From the NCBI GenBank assembly GCA_965203055.1, contig OZ241863.1:1152001-1216000 (forward strand): a stretch of DNA of 64,000 bases, written 5' to 3'. Within the stretch, counting starts at the first letter, position 1, and the number at the start of each line of letters is the position of its first letter. The notes below the pieces were generated by a model that worked only from the letters and a program-made list of their open reading frames with translations, was not told where the DNA came from and did no database searches. Below are positions 1 to 9,911 of the stretch, piece by piece. The translations under genes were made by a program, and so were the position numbers. The DNA is from Spirochaetia bacterium (GTDB lineage Bacteria; Spirochaetota; Spirochaetia; SZUA-6; Bin103).

Positions 1-759
<759 letters not shown>

Positions 760-828
760 TCAGCGCGCGAATAACAAGGCAACCGCGCCGTTCGATCGAT
801 CATGCTATGCTTGGGCCGGGCACCACGC

Positions 829-1899
829 ATGCCGCGCGACCTGTACCAGCCGCATGATCGTCTGTTTCGCAAGGTGTTTTCCGAGCCGGCGGAAGCGGCC
901 GGCTTGCTGCGCGCCTATGTGCCTTCGTGGCTCGTCGATACGCTGGACTGGTCCAGCTTGACGCTGATGCCCGACAGCTACGTGGACGACGAGCTGCGGG
1001 CCAGCGAGTCCGACCTGCTGTTCGCGGTCGAGTGGCGCCCGGGCGCTGCGGAGCCGGGAGACTTGCGGCGTTCGTTGCGGCTCTACCTGCTGTTCGAGCA
1101 CCAATCGAGTCCGGACCGGTTGATGCGCTTCCGGCTGCTGAAGTACTGCTGCGGCATCTGGGACGATTTCTTGCGCTCCGCCGAAGCGAAGGAGACGCCG
1201 GACTTGCCGCCGATCGTGCCGCTGGTGTTCTATCAGGGTGAGTCGCGCTGGCACCATACGACGGAGTTCAGCGAGTTGTTTGCGGAACCGGCCAGGCGGT
1301 GGCCCTGGACGCCGCAGTTCGAGCACCTGCTGGTGGACCAGTCGCAGGCGGACGTGGGAGCGGTACCGGGCGAAACGCTGGGCCGGGCAGCGCAGCTTGC
1401 GCTGATGGCGGCGGCGCGCCGCGAGCTGCGGGAGGCGCTGGCGCGGGAGGCGCTGGCGCGGACGGTGCGGCTCATGGGAGAGTTGGACCGGGCGGGACAG
1501 GGCGAACGGTTCCGGGCGGTGGTGTTTTACGTGCTCCATACCCAGGATAAGGAGACGTTGCGGGAGTTCTTCGCGGCGCTGCGGCGCGAGGTACGAGGAC
1601 CAGGAGGGGATATGATGACGTATGCAGAGGAGCTGATCCGGGAAGGCCGTCAGGAGGGCGAGCTGAAAGGCCGGCAAGAAGGCGAGCTGAAAGGCCGGCA
1701 GGAGGGCCGGGTGGAAGGCCGGGTGGAAGGCCGAGAGGAGGGCCGAGTAGAAGGCCGGCAGGAAGGCCAAGTAGCCACGATCGAGAGTTTTCTGCGCGCC
1801 GGCGTCGGGTGGCCGATCATCGAGCAGGCGACCGGCATCGACCAGGAGGCATTCGAGTTGCTCCGCCGCCGGAACTACGCGTCAGATCGGGAGTCCTGA
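829..1899 (+). CDS. Rpn/YhgA family recombination-promoting nuclease (PD-(D/E)XK)
   Basis: PHDRLFRKVF, ESDLLF, YLLFEHQS, PIVPLVFYQG motifs and an EGRQEG-repeat tail; start taken at ATG 829 (ORF open from 802). Confidence 0.9.
   Translation: MPRDLYQPHDRLFRKVFSEPAEAAGLLRAYVPSWLVDTLDWSSLTLMPDSYVDDELRASESDLLFAVEWRPGAAEPGDLRRSLRLYLLFEHQSSPDRLMRFRLLKYCCGIWDDFLRSAEAKETPDLPPIVPLVFYQGESRWHHTTEFSELFAEPARRWPWTPQFEHLLVDQSQADVGAVPGETLGRAAQLALMAAARRELREALAREALARTVRLMGELDRAGQGERFRAVVFYVLHTQDKETLREFFAALRREVRGPGGDMMTYAEELIREGRQEGELKGRQEGELKGRQEGRVEGRVEGREEGRVEGRQEGQVATIESFLRAGVGWPIIEQATGIDQEAFELLRRRNYASDRES
1615..1899 (+). CDS. Putative in-frame intragenic small protein (RpnS-like antitoxin), MTYAEELIREG...
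   Basis: AGGAGG at 1602-1607 followed by in-frame ATGATG (1612/1615), at the position typical of Rpn C-terminal tails. Confidence 0.6.
   Translation: MTYAEELIREGRQEGELKGRQEGELKGRQEGRVEGRVEGREEGRVEGRQEGQVATIESFLRAGVGWPIIEQATGIDQEAFELLRRRNYASDRES
1642..1770 (+). repeat. Coding tandem repeat, 12/24-bp units (EGRQ/EGEL/KGRQ/EGRV)
   Basis: Repeated gaaggccgg/gagggc units in the Rpn tail. Confidence 0.85.
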
Positions 1900-2017
1900 C
1901 TCAGTTCAGCCACCCCACCGGGCGTTTCAGCACCGGCCCGTGGCCCGCGCGTAGCTACTCGGTCAGCTTCAGCGGCACGAGCCTGGCATAGGCACAAGGT
2001 GTCATTTGGCAACCGGG

Positions 2018-3868
2018 TCATTCCAGCCATACGTGGATGGTGCGGTCCGGGGTGAGGGCGGCGCCGGGCGCGGGCTCCTGGCGGGTGACGTAGCCGGAAC
2101 CGTGCAGCGCGACCTTCAGGCCGCCGTCCGCCAGCAGCGGCAGCAGGCGCCGCTTCGGCAGGCCCACCAGATTGGGCAGCTCGCCGTCCAGCGTCAGATA
2201 GGGCGTCGCCGGGACCACGACGTGGGCCGAGTGGCGGAGGCTGTCTTCGTCGCTGCGCGGCAGCCGGTAGTAGGTGGTGAGGAAGCCGGCGACCTCGCGC
2301 AGCAGCGGCGCGGCAATCTGGCCGCCGTAGCGCTGCTCTCCCTTGGGATGTTGGATCACGATGTAGGCGATGAACCGGGGGGCGCCGGCGGGCAGCACTC
2401 CGATGATCGAGGCGATCACGTGTTCGTCGGAATAGCGCCGCTCGACCGGGTCGAACACCTGCGCGGTGCCGGTCTTGGCGCCGATCCGGTAGCCCGGCAG
2501 CCGCGCCAGCCGGGCGGTGCCCTGTTCGGTGACCGTTTCCATCATCCCCAGCACCGCGGCGGCCACCTCCGGCGCCAGCACCGGGCGCAACGGCTCGCGC
2601 GCGAACGGCCTGACCACCGTTCCGTCGGCGGCGACGATCCGGCGCACCAGTTGCGGGCGCAGCAACACGCCGTCGTTGGTCAGCGCGGTGGCTGCCTGCA
2701 CGATCTGCAGCGGCGTCACCGAAATCTCCTGGCCGATGGCGACGGTGGGCTTGGTGCGGGCGGACCACTCCGCGACCGGGCGCAGCACCCCGGCGCTCTC
2801 GCCCCGCAGCGGCGCGCCGGTGGGTTGGCCGAAGCCGAAGGTGCGCAGCATGCGGTAGAAGGTGTCGGCGTCGATCCGGTCCGAGGCATGGGCGGTGCCG
2901 GCGTTGCTTGAGTAGCGCAGGATGTGCTCGGCGTTCAGGTCGCCGTACACGCCGAGGTCGCCGATGCGGATGGTGCGGCCGTTGGCGAGGGTGCGCCGGT
3001 AGTAGCCGGGACTGGGGAACGTCATGGTGGTGCTGATGGCCGCGGTCTGCAGCAGGGCCGCGATGGTGAAGATCTTGAACACCGACCCCGGTTCGTAGGG
3101 GTCGGCGGCCATCGCGTTGCGCCAGCGGGCGCTCGGAAAGGCGGTGTAGTCGTTGGGATCGAACCCGGGTTGCGCGGCGTAGCTCAGGATTTCGCCGCTG
3201 TCCGCGGTGGTCACGATGATGAAGACGGCGTCCGCGTCATGCTGCCGGTAGGCGTCCGCGGCAATGTCCTCCATCGCGTGCTGGACGTTGACGTCGATGG
3301 TCAGGAAGAGCTGGTTGCCGAAGACCTCGGTTCCGTCCGCGGTGATGGTGTCGGGCGCCAACACGTAGTTGAAGGTGTTCTCGATGCCTTCCAGCCCGAC
3401 GTTGTCCACGCCCACGAACCCCAGGAGCTGGGCGGCCAGCGCCCCCTCCGGGTAGGAGCGGGTCTGTTCCGGCTTGAGATGGATGCCCTGCAGCTCGCCG
3501 CGGTCGTGGGCGGCGCGGATCTCGGCGGACTGCTCGGGGGTGACGTGGCGGCGGAGGTAGACGAAGCGGCCGGCGTTCAGGCGCTGCAGTATCTCGCCGG
3601 CGCCGGTGTCCAGGATTGCCGCCAGCCGTTGCGCCGACTCCTGCGGCTCGGCCACGGCGGGCGTCCAGGCGGTCACCGAGTCGCGCTCGATGGTGAGGGC
3701 GAGCACGCGCCCGTTGCGGTCCAGGATGGGGCCGCGTTCCACCTCCGGCAGGCGCACGGTCGGCCCCTCCGGGGGGAAGTCCACCCCGGTCATGAACGTA
3801 GCGTAGCGAAAGAGCAGGGCCAGCACGCAGAGGCCGAGGAACGAGAGGAACAGATAGAGCCGCCGCAT
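2018..3868 (-). CDS. Penicillin-binding transpeptidase (FtsI/PBP3-like)
   Basis: N-terminal TM, RGPILDRNG, YEPGSVFK (SxxK), SSN, KTGTAQ motifs; start MRRLYLFL at 3868. Confidence 0.9.
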   Translation of the reverse strand: MRRLYLFLSFLGLCVLALLFRYATFMTGVDFPPEGPTVRLPEVERGPILDRNGRVLALTIERDSVTAWTPAVAEPQESAQRLAAILDTGAGEILQRLNAGRFVYLRRHVTPEQSAEIRAAHDRGELQGIHLKPEQTRSYPEGALAAQLLGFVGVDNVGLEGIENTFNYVLAPDTITADGTEVFGNQLFLTIDVNVQHAMEDIAADAYRQHDADAVFIIVTTADSGEILSYAAQPGFDPNDYTAFPSARWRNAMAADPYEPGSVFKIFTIAALLQTAAISTTMTFPSPGYYRRTLANGRTIRIGDLGVYGDLNAEHILRYSSNAGTAHASDRIDADTFYRMLRTFGFGQPTGAPLRGESAGVLRPVAEWSARTKPTVAIGQEISVTPLQIVQAATALTNDGVLLRPQLVRRIVAADGTVVRPFAREPLRPVLAPEVAAAVLGMMETVTEQGTARLARLPGYRIGAKTGTAQVFDPVERRYSDEHVIASIIGVLPAGAPRFIAYIVIQHPKGEQRYGGQIAAPLLREVAGFLTTYYRLPRSDEDSLRHSAHVVVPATPYLTLDGELPNLVGLPKRRLLPLLADGGLKVALHGSGYVTRQEPAPGAALTPDRTIHVWLE

Positions 3869-4141
3869 GACGGGATCACGCGCCGGCCGCCCCGGCGCGG
3901 AATCGAGGGCGGAGGCGGCATGCAGAGGTTGGCCGCGGTGGGCGCGCACATTGGTTATATCGGCGCTGCCGCGCAAATCGCTAGCGCGGAGCGGCGGAAA
4001 CGCGACGTGGCGGGGGGCGCTGTGTCGCGGGGCCGCGGCACCGGGGCCGGCGCGCCCGCTTGCGGGGCGGCGGTGGGGGCGGCGGGTAGGGCCGGGCCGC
4101 CGCCACTTCCCATTGGCAACGAACCAGACTACTCTGGCGGC

Positions 4142-5617
4142 GTGCTGAGGAAGAGGCGGCAGCGGCGCGCGCGGAGCGCGCGGAGCGCTGCACTGGTCAT
4201 CGGCGCGGCGCAGGTCCTGATCGCCGCCGCCGTGGGGGCCGCGCAGACCGCGGCGGGCGACGGGCCGAGTCTCGAGCAACTGGTGCGCGCCGCCATGGCC
4301 CGTGACGTAGAACTCCAGAAACTGCAACTGGAGCTGCGCAACAAGCAGCTCGCCGTGGCCCAGGGGGCCGCGGAGAAGGGTTTCGGGCTGTCCCTGACAT
4401 TGGGGAACGACCGTCTGGTGGGCGCCTCGCTGACGGATATCTGGACAGATGACAGCAAAACCAATGTCAGCTACGGAGTCAGGACCGGAGTGACGGCAAA
4501 TCTACCGCATCCGTTCGGCAGCATCTCGACCTCCGCCTCTTTGAGTTGTACCAGGCCACTCGTCGACGAAGGAGAATGCGAAAAGGGCGGCGAGATCCCC
4601 CGGTGGGATCTGGATGACGCCGCCAGGATCGGTCTCACTTCGACGTTGGAGCAACCGCTCAGGCCCTTGCTCGGTCTCGATGCCACTCCTGCGGCCGACC
4701 TGGAGGCCGTCCACGAAGTGGTGCAGGCTGAACGCGGCGTGCGCGCACGAGTACGCGCCATCACCCGCGATATCCTGCAGCGCATAAAAGGGATCCTGGA
4801 ACAACGGAAAACTGCGCGGAGTAGCAAGCATGATCTGGACGAGATGGAGGATGAAGTTACCCGTCGGCGCGACGTGCTCCGGGACAACCCGGAGAGCCAT
4901 GATTTCGAGACCCGGCTATTCAACCTCAAGAAGAAGCGTCGTGACCTGGACACCACGCAGCGCCGGCTGGAGCAGGATATCGATGCCTTCGAGCAGCGCA
5001 CCGGATCGCGCAGCTTCGGGCTGCTCACCGAGGCTTTGCTCGTGCTGCCTGCGGGCGAGGTCGAGCGCGCACCGGCGGTGGTGGACGCCGCCGTGGGCCT
5101 GCGCGTCAGTGAGCACCGCATCCGCGAGGACGAAAACAGCCGTTGGCCGGAAGTTACCGTCAACGCTTCTATCGATTGGCCGGACCCGGGTCGTCTCTCG
5201 GCCGGCGTCGGCTTCAATCTTACCCTGCCGATACTCGACGGCGGCCTGCAGCAGATCAAGAGCGAGCGGCAAAACAACGCGGTTGCGACCGCGAAGCTGG
5301 AGGGTGCCAGCGCCCGGCGGGACTTCGCGGAGGCGCTGGTCGCCAACGAACGCGAAATCAGCGACCTTGACCGCAGAGCCTGGGAGCACCGCGAGAGCAC
5401 TCGCTTGGCGGCGCTCAAGGTAATGGAAACGAAGGCTGCGCTGGACGCCGGCGTCGCCGTACCGTCAGCGCTGGCCCAAGCCAAGCTGGACCACGAACTG
5501 CTGGCGCTGGACGGCGACATCCTGCGGGTAGACCGCTGGCTGCTGAAACTCGACCTCGATGCCCTCACCGACGCCGACCCCCTCGACTTCACACCCGCCT
5601 CATCGGATGTACGGTAG
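4142..5617 (+). CDS. TolC-family outer membrane efflux protein
   Basis: Signal-like N-terminus, SLEQLVRAAMARD, coiled-coil helices, WPEVTVNAS...LTLPILDGG beta motif; GTG start inferred. Confidence 0.7.
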   Translation: MLRKRRQRRARSARSAALVIGAAQVLIAAAVGAAQTAAGDGPSLEQLVRAAMARDVELQKLQLELRNKQLAVAQGAAEKGFGLSLTLGNDRLVGASLTDIWTDDSKTNVSYGVRTGVTANLPHPFGSISTSASLSCTRPLVDEGECEKGGEIPRWDLDDAARIGLTSTLEQPLRPLLGLDATPAADLEAVHEVVQAERGVRARVRAITRDILQRIKGILEQRKTARSSKHDLDEMEDEVTRRRDVLRDNPESHDFETRLFNLKKKRRDLDTTQRRLEQDIDAFEQRTGSRSFGLLTEALLVLPAGEVERAPAVVDAAVGLRVSEHRIREDENSRWPEVTVNASIDWPDPGRLSAGVGFNLTLPILDGGLQQIKSERQNNAVATAKLEGASARRDFAEALVANEREISDLDRRAWEHRESTRLAALKVMETKAALDAGVAVPSALAQAKLDHELLALDGDILRVDRWLLKLDLDALTDADPLDFTPASSDVR

Positions 5618-6009
5618 ATGTCGTCAAGATGACATACTGCCCAGAATAGGCGACTTCTCGGCGCGATTGTTCTGGAATGGTAGCCGCGGATCAGATTCGA
5701 GACGGTAGGCGGCGGCGGTACTGATCCCGCGCCTTGGCGGCGGCTAGGCCCTTTGCGAGCGGGCCGGCCACGGTCACCGGCCGAGAAGGCCCACGGGGTC
5801 GCCGTCGCGCCCTCTGACTACGAGTCGGGGCTACGCTCCCTTTCCGCCGCCCCGCAGGAGGCCCCTCCACCCTCTTGTATTGCAGGCGTCCTACTCGCCT
5901 ACACCTTGAATGTCGCTTGAATCAGGCCGACCCGTGGGCGCACTCGGCTAGCATGGTGATGCAGCGTCGGAAGCCTTGCCGCGTCCTTCCGGAACGACGT
6001 TGCCATGCT

Positions 6010-6125
6010 CGCCGCCAATCGCCGTTCGGCAAGTGGGACTCGATTGTCCGAGACCTCGCCATGACCCTGGCGGCCGTCGATCGGCTGGTGCATCGCGCGA
6101 CCATCTTCCGAATCATTGTCGATTA
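6010..6125 (+). pseudogene. IS21-family IstB (ATP-binding helper) 3' fragment
   Basis: PFGKWDSIVRDLAMTLAAVDRLVHRATIF matches the IstB C-terminal motif; the rest of the gene is absent. Confidence 0.7.
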
Positions 6126-6469
6126 CTGTTGTTACCGCTGCCGATTTGAATGAAACTCCTATTGTTGATTTGCACCAAGCTCTCTTGTATGGCCTTCATG
6201 TCGGCGCGCAGTTCGGCTGTGTCGGTCTTGACCTCGGCAGTGTCGGTTTTGACATCGACGCCTAGCGCGCGAACATCGGCGCGTAAATTTCGTATGTCAG
6301 CGCTCAGTACGAGTACGGCGACAAGGATGGTCAGCAACATTGCTATAAACTGAACGGTTTGCCTGATCGGCTTAGGGCGCCTGGGCTCCGGGTGGCCGTG
6401 CGTCTTGTCTTCCAGGAGTCCTTTCCAGCCCTCGGGAGGAGCGCTCCTGCCGGCCATCAGCGTCCCCAA
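6113..6469 (-). CDS. Hypothetical small protein with single TM and heptad coiled coil (possibly 5'-frameshifted)
   Basis: Hydrophobic FIAMLLTILVAVLVL followed by a duplicated VKTDTAE heptad; an SD+ATG near 6591 is in another frame. Confidence 0.45.
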   Translation of the reverse strand: MGTLMAGRSAPPEGWKGLLEDKTHGHPEPRRPKPIRQTVQFIAMLLTILVAVLVLSADIRNLRADVRALGVDVKTDTAEVKTDTAELRADMKAIQESLVQINNRSFIQIGSGNNSNRQ

Positions 6470-6715
6470 CTCCGCCAGCGACCCGCGAAATATGCTGTGT
6501 ACCGGCAGATCATCCGCAGTACGGCACTACCGGCAGCCATTCCTCCTCCACCTGCGGCCATCGCCGCGCCTAGCTCATAGGTCTTGTTCATTACCTAACC
6601 TCCCTCCTGTGCGATGCGGCGACCTCCGGGACGACCTCACGGCGCAGTTGGTACGACAGAAGGTAAGGTAACATGTCCATCCGCCGGTGACAAACAACAC
6701 AAGGCAACGACAACG

Positions 6716-7140
6716 CTACGGCGGCGGAGCCCGAGGAACAGGCCCCGGATGGTGTTGGGCGGCGCAATTGGGATGGTCGGCAGCGCTGCGGTGGGGGGGG
6801 GGGGGGCGGAATCCGAGCGGCGCCGGAAGCACCGGCAGCCACGGGGCGGCCAGCGAGCGCAGCGCTACCAGCGCCGCGTTGCTGGCGAGCCGCTGGCGGC
6901 AGGAGGTCAGTTCGGGGCGGCAGCCGGCGAGATGCTGCGGTAGAAGCCGATCACCACCCGCAGCACCTGCCGGACTAGGTGCACGCGGCGGCGCAGCCAG
7001 CGCATGGCGCGCCGGGCAGTTCGATGCCGTCACGGCGCACTTGGTCGGCGGCCTGCATCAGACTCGCCGCCTGTTCGGCGTGCGCGTCCACCGCTTCCAG
7101 GCCCTGGAGCGTCCCCGGCAGCCGCGCCAGGCAGTCGATC
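6716..7140 (-). pseudogene. Frameshifted remnant of a mobile-element accessory gene (type found beside DDE integrase/ExeA-like ATPase genes)
   Basis: Across frames: DCLARLPGTLQGLEAV...ELPGA/MRWLRRRVHLV.../LPQHLAGC...LPAPLGF; recognised from memory, not verified. Confidence 0.4.
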
Positions 7141-7199
7141 CGTCAACGGATCAATCTGATCAGATAGGCCGGTTGGGAAACGCTAACGTGTTCTGATTC

Positions 7200-7730
7200 T
7201 GAGGTGGTCCCGGAAATTGGACAAGGAGGTTAAGGTGTATTCCAGGCCATGAGGAGGGCCGATGGGATGGCGACGAGACGGCGCCGATTCACAGCACAGT
7301 TCAAAGCCACGGCGAGCCGGAGGTCTTCAAACACCGATCAGGGCAGCCAGTTCACCAGCAGGGCGTTCACGGGGCAGTTGGAGGCGGCCGGGATACGCTG
7401 CTTGATGGACGGTCGTGGGCGCTGCCTGGACAACGTGTTCATCGAGCGGCTGTGGCGGTCGTTGAAGTATGAGGCGGTGTACCTGCACGAGTTGGCGGAC
7501 GGCTTCGCGGCGCAGCGCGTGATCGCGGAGTGGATGGAGTTCTACAACGAGGTACGCCCCCCACTCGGCGCTGGACGGGCGGACGCCAGCGGAGGCGTAC
7601 TGCGGCGTGGCGGCGCCGGCCGGGCAGGTGGCGTAGCGAGATGGGAAGGGGTGCAAACTGCAAGCACCGGGAACGGAGCGAGTGGCTGCGCACCGCGGAG
7701 CGGGAGTTGTCCACATATCCACAGGGGTTT
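7200..7730 (+). mobile_element. Internally deleted IS3-family remnant
   Basis: Left end TGAGGTGGTCCCGGAAATTGGACA; OrfA start MATRRRRFTAQFKA fused to the OrfB DDE core NTDQGSQFTS...DNVFIERLWRSLKYE; no right IR found. Confidence 0.85.
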
Positions 7731-8014
7731 CCTATGGGGAATAGTCCTACTGATAGCAGGGACACTATGATAGACATCTTACGGTCTACAAGGCAAAAGA
7801 AGCGTTCTGAGCGTGGAGTGCCAGACCGGGGATCGCTTCGCGAGCGGATCAAAGACCTGGGTCCGGGGTAGGCTGCGTGGTGTGTGCCGTGGTCGGAACG
7901 TTGGGGCAGCGCGGGCGCGCTGAGCGTATTGCTGCCTGAACGCCACTGCGTGATGAAAGTGCGCCGGGCCGGCGGTGGCGGCGGGGCGGGGAATAGGGTA
8001 TCCTGGGTGTCGTT

Positions 8015-8233
8015 ATGACGGTGATCTTGGCGGTTGGCGTGATGGTGCTGTTGGCGGCGTTCCTGGGCCTGCGGGTGTTGTTGGGCAAGGATGACGAGGT
8101 GCGCAAGCCGGGCTGCGCCAACGCCAATGCGTTCATGGACGAGCAGCAGGCGTGTCCCGTGTGCGGCGTGGCGCCCGGCCAGACCTGCGCCAACGAGGAG
8201 TACCCCTCGACCACCGCCGCCGGCGCGAAGTAG
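8015..8233 (+). CDS. Small membrane protein with 4-Cys cluster (NqrM-like)
   Basis: N-terminal TM then C..CPVC..C pattern; GC-biased codon usage. Confidence 0.6.
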   Translation: MTVILAVGVMVLLAAFLGLRVLLGKDDEVRKPGCANANAFMDEQQACPVCGVAPGQTCANEEYPSTTAAGAK

Positions 8234-8243
8234 TCCTCCCGCC

Positions 8244-8569
8244 GCGCCCCTTACCAGCCGGCCCGGCCGGGGGCGACGATTTCGGATTCCTTGAGCACCA
8301 CGTCGTGGGCGCCGGCCTCGCGCAGGCTGGTAGGGGAGACCACCGTCAGGCGCGCTTCGCGGTGCAGGGCGGTGAGGTCGGTGACCCCGCAGTTGGCACA
8401 TGGTGCTCTTGATCTTGCTCAGCGTCTAGTTGAGGTTGTCGCGCAGCTTGCCGGCGTAGGGCACGTAGCCGTCCCCCCTCCTCGAAGGCGAATCCGGCGG
8501 CCGGCGCTTGGCCGTCGTAGCGCTGCCAGTTGCGCGCCTTGATGTGCCCTCGCCCCAGTACTCCTTGAC
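8244..8569 (-). pseudogene. Degenerate duplicate of the guaB 3' end
   Basis: Near-identical to 9905-10232 with +1, -2 and -1 indels. Confidence 0.9.
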
Positions 8570-8669
8570 CGTTCTATGGGACCACCCGGCGCCTCCCGCC
8601 GCCGCGCTTCTCGTGCTTGCCAACCCACGCCGCTTGTGGCACCGGCCCCGGCCGTTGCGACACCGATTC

Positions 8670-8693
8670 TTCTCATCTTGATTGTCGCGCTAC
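8670..8693 (+). mobile_element. Possible IS21-type terminal sequence remnant
   Basis: TTCTCATCTTGATTGTCGCGCTAC resembles IS21-family right ends as recalled from memory. Confidence 0.3.
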
Positions 8694-8758
8694 CATGAGC
8701 CAAGCTGGCCAAGCCAGCCGAGCCGAGGGCCGCCGGGCCACTTCCGACGCAGGCAGCG

Positions 8759-9820
8759 TCAGGTGGATCTGCGGCCTATCAATGCCTCGAGTTCGGCCAC
8801 CCGCGCTTCGGCCGCTTGGCGAGCGGCCGCTTCCTGTTGGACGCGGGTTTCTACGGCTTGGCGAGCGGCCGCTTCCTGTTGGACGCGGGTTTCTGCGGCT
8901 TGGCGAGCGGCCGCTTCCTGTTGGACGCGGGTTTCTGCGGCCTGGCGAGCGGCTGCTTCCTGTTGGACGCGGGTTTCTGCGGCTTGGCGAGCGGCCGCTT
9001 CCTGCTCTGCGCGCTGCTGTTGCTGCTCTGCGCGCTGCTTGCCGGTGGGGATCAACTCGCCGTGCGCGTCCGTCCAGCGCAGCCACCGGCTGCGCACGCC
9101 CTCGAACTCCCCCTCCCACAGCGTCATCCCCAGCCCCAGCTCCGGGAACCAGGGCCGCCCTCCCTGGCGTTCGTATGTCCCGGCGCTCAACCGAAAGACG
9201 CGCAGCTCATCGCGCATCACCTGCCGCAACGGATCGGAGACCACGTAGTAGCCAATCCCCATCCGGGCGTACCTCTTCCGCTTATCCCCAATCTCATTGC
9301 CCTTCTGGTTGGACACGATTTCCACCACCAGGTCCGGCACTTTGCCGAACTCCCACACCAAGTAGGAGCGGTGTTCCTTGTCCCACCAGTTCTCGTGCAC
9401 CTGCACGTCCAGACTGAGGAACACGTCGGGCACGATCGCCGGATTGCGCGGTGCGGGGAACACGCCCACGTTGGCGGCGGCCAGAAACGGGCGCCCGCCG
9501 CCGGGGCCGGCCCAGGAAGTGTACAGCGGCTCGGTGAGCAGGCGTTGCTGCTTCTCGGAGGGCAGGTTGTCCACCGGCGTATCATCCTCGGTCACCAGGG
9601 ATTCGATGTCGCTGTCGAGCGCCGGCACGGACCGCGTAGCGGCGTTGCGCGCGGCCCGGACCGGGGCGGCCGGCGGCGCGTTCGCCAGCGGCCGCGCGGG
9701 CCGGGGCGCCGGAGACCGGTCGGGCCTGCGAACCACGTCCGGCGCCGGCCGCGCCGTGACGGGTTCGGCGGCGCGCGCGTCAGGCGCGGAACGACCGGTC
9801 GGGAATGACGGCGAGTCCAT
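8759..9820 (-). CDS. Uma2 family endonuclease with coiled-coil tail
   Basis: EDDTPVDNLPSEKQQRLLTEPLY, VPDVFLSLDV, FGKVPDLVVEIVSN, YYVVSDP motifs. Confidence 0.9.
   Translation of the reverse strand: MDSPSFPTGRSAPDARAAEPVTARPAPDVVRRPDRSPAPRPARPLANAPPAAPVRAARNAATRSVPALDSDIESLVTEDDTPVDNLPSEKQQRLLTEPLYTSWAGPGGGRPFLAAANVGVFPAPRNPAIVPDVFLSLDVQVHENWWDKEHRSYLVWEFGKVPDLVVEIVSNQKGNEIGDKRKRYARMGIGYYVVSDPLRQVMRDELRVFRLSAGTYERQGGRPWFPELGLGMTLWEGEFEGVRSRWLRWTDAHGELIPTGKQRAEQQQQRAEQEAAARQAAETRVQQEAAARQAAETRVQQEAAARQAAETRVQQEAAARQAVETRVQQEAAARQAAEARVAELEALIGRRST
8816..9005 (-). repeat. 42-bp coding tandem repeat (~4.5 copies; QEAAARQAAETRVQ)
   Basis: Units begin at 8816, 8858, 8900, 8942 and 8984. Confidence 0.95.
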
Positions 9821-9911
9821 AGGGCAGACTATACCGTACCGGCGCCGCGGCCGAAAGCGCTTGACGATCGGATACACGACATGCCGTTGCGCCGGACCGT
9901 GGTACGCGCCC

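Noticed and set aside
5818..5825. CTACGAGT matches the start of the copy 1 variable segment
   Set aside because: An 8-nt match is expected by chance in 64 kb and does not extend.
6793..6806. G14 homopolymer as a phase-variation switch
   Set aside because: It lies in an already multiply frameshifted remnant and may reflect sequencing error.
8816..9005. Regular 42-bp repeats resembling a CRISPR array
   Set aside because: There are no unique spacers, the units are in-frame coding repeats of Uma2, and no cas genes are present.
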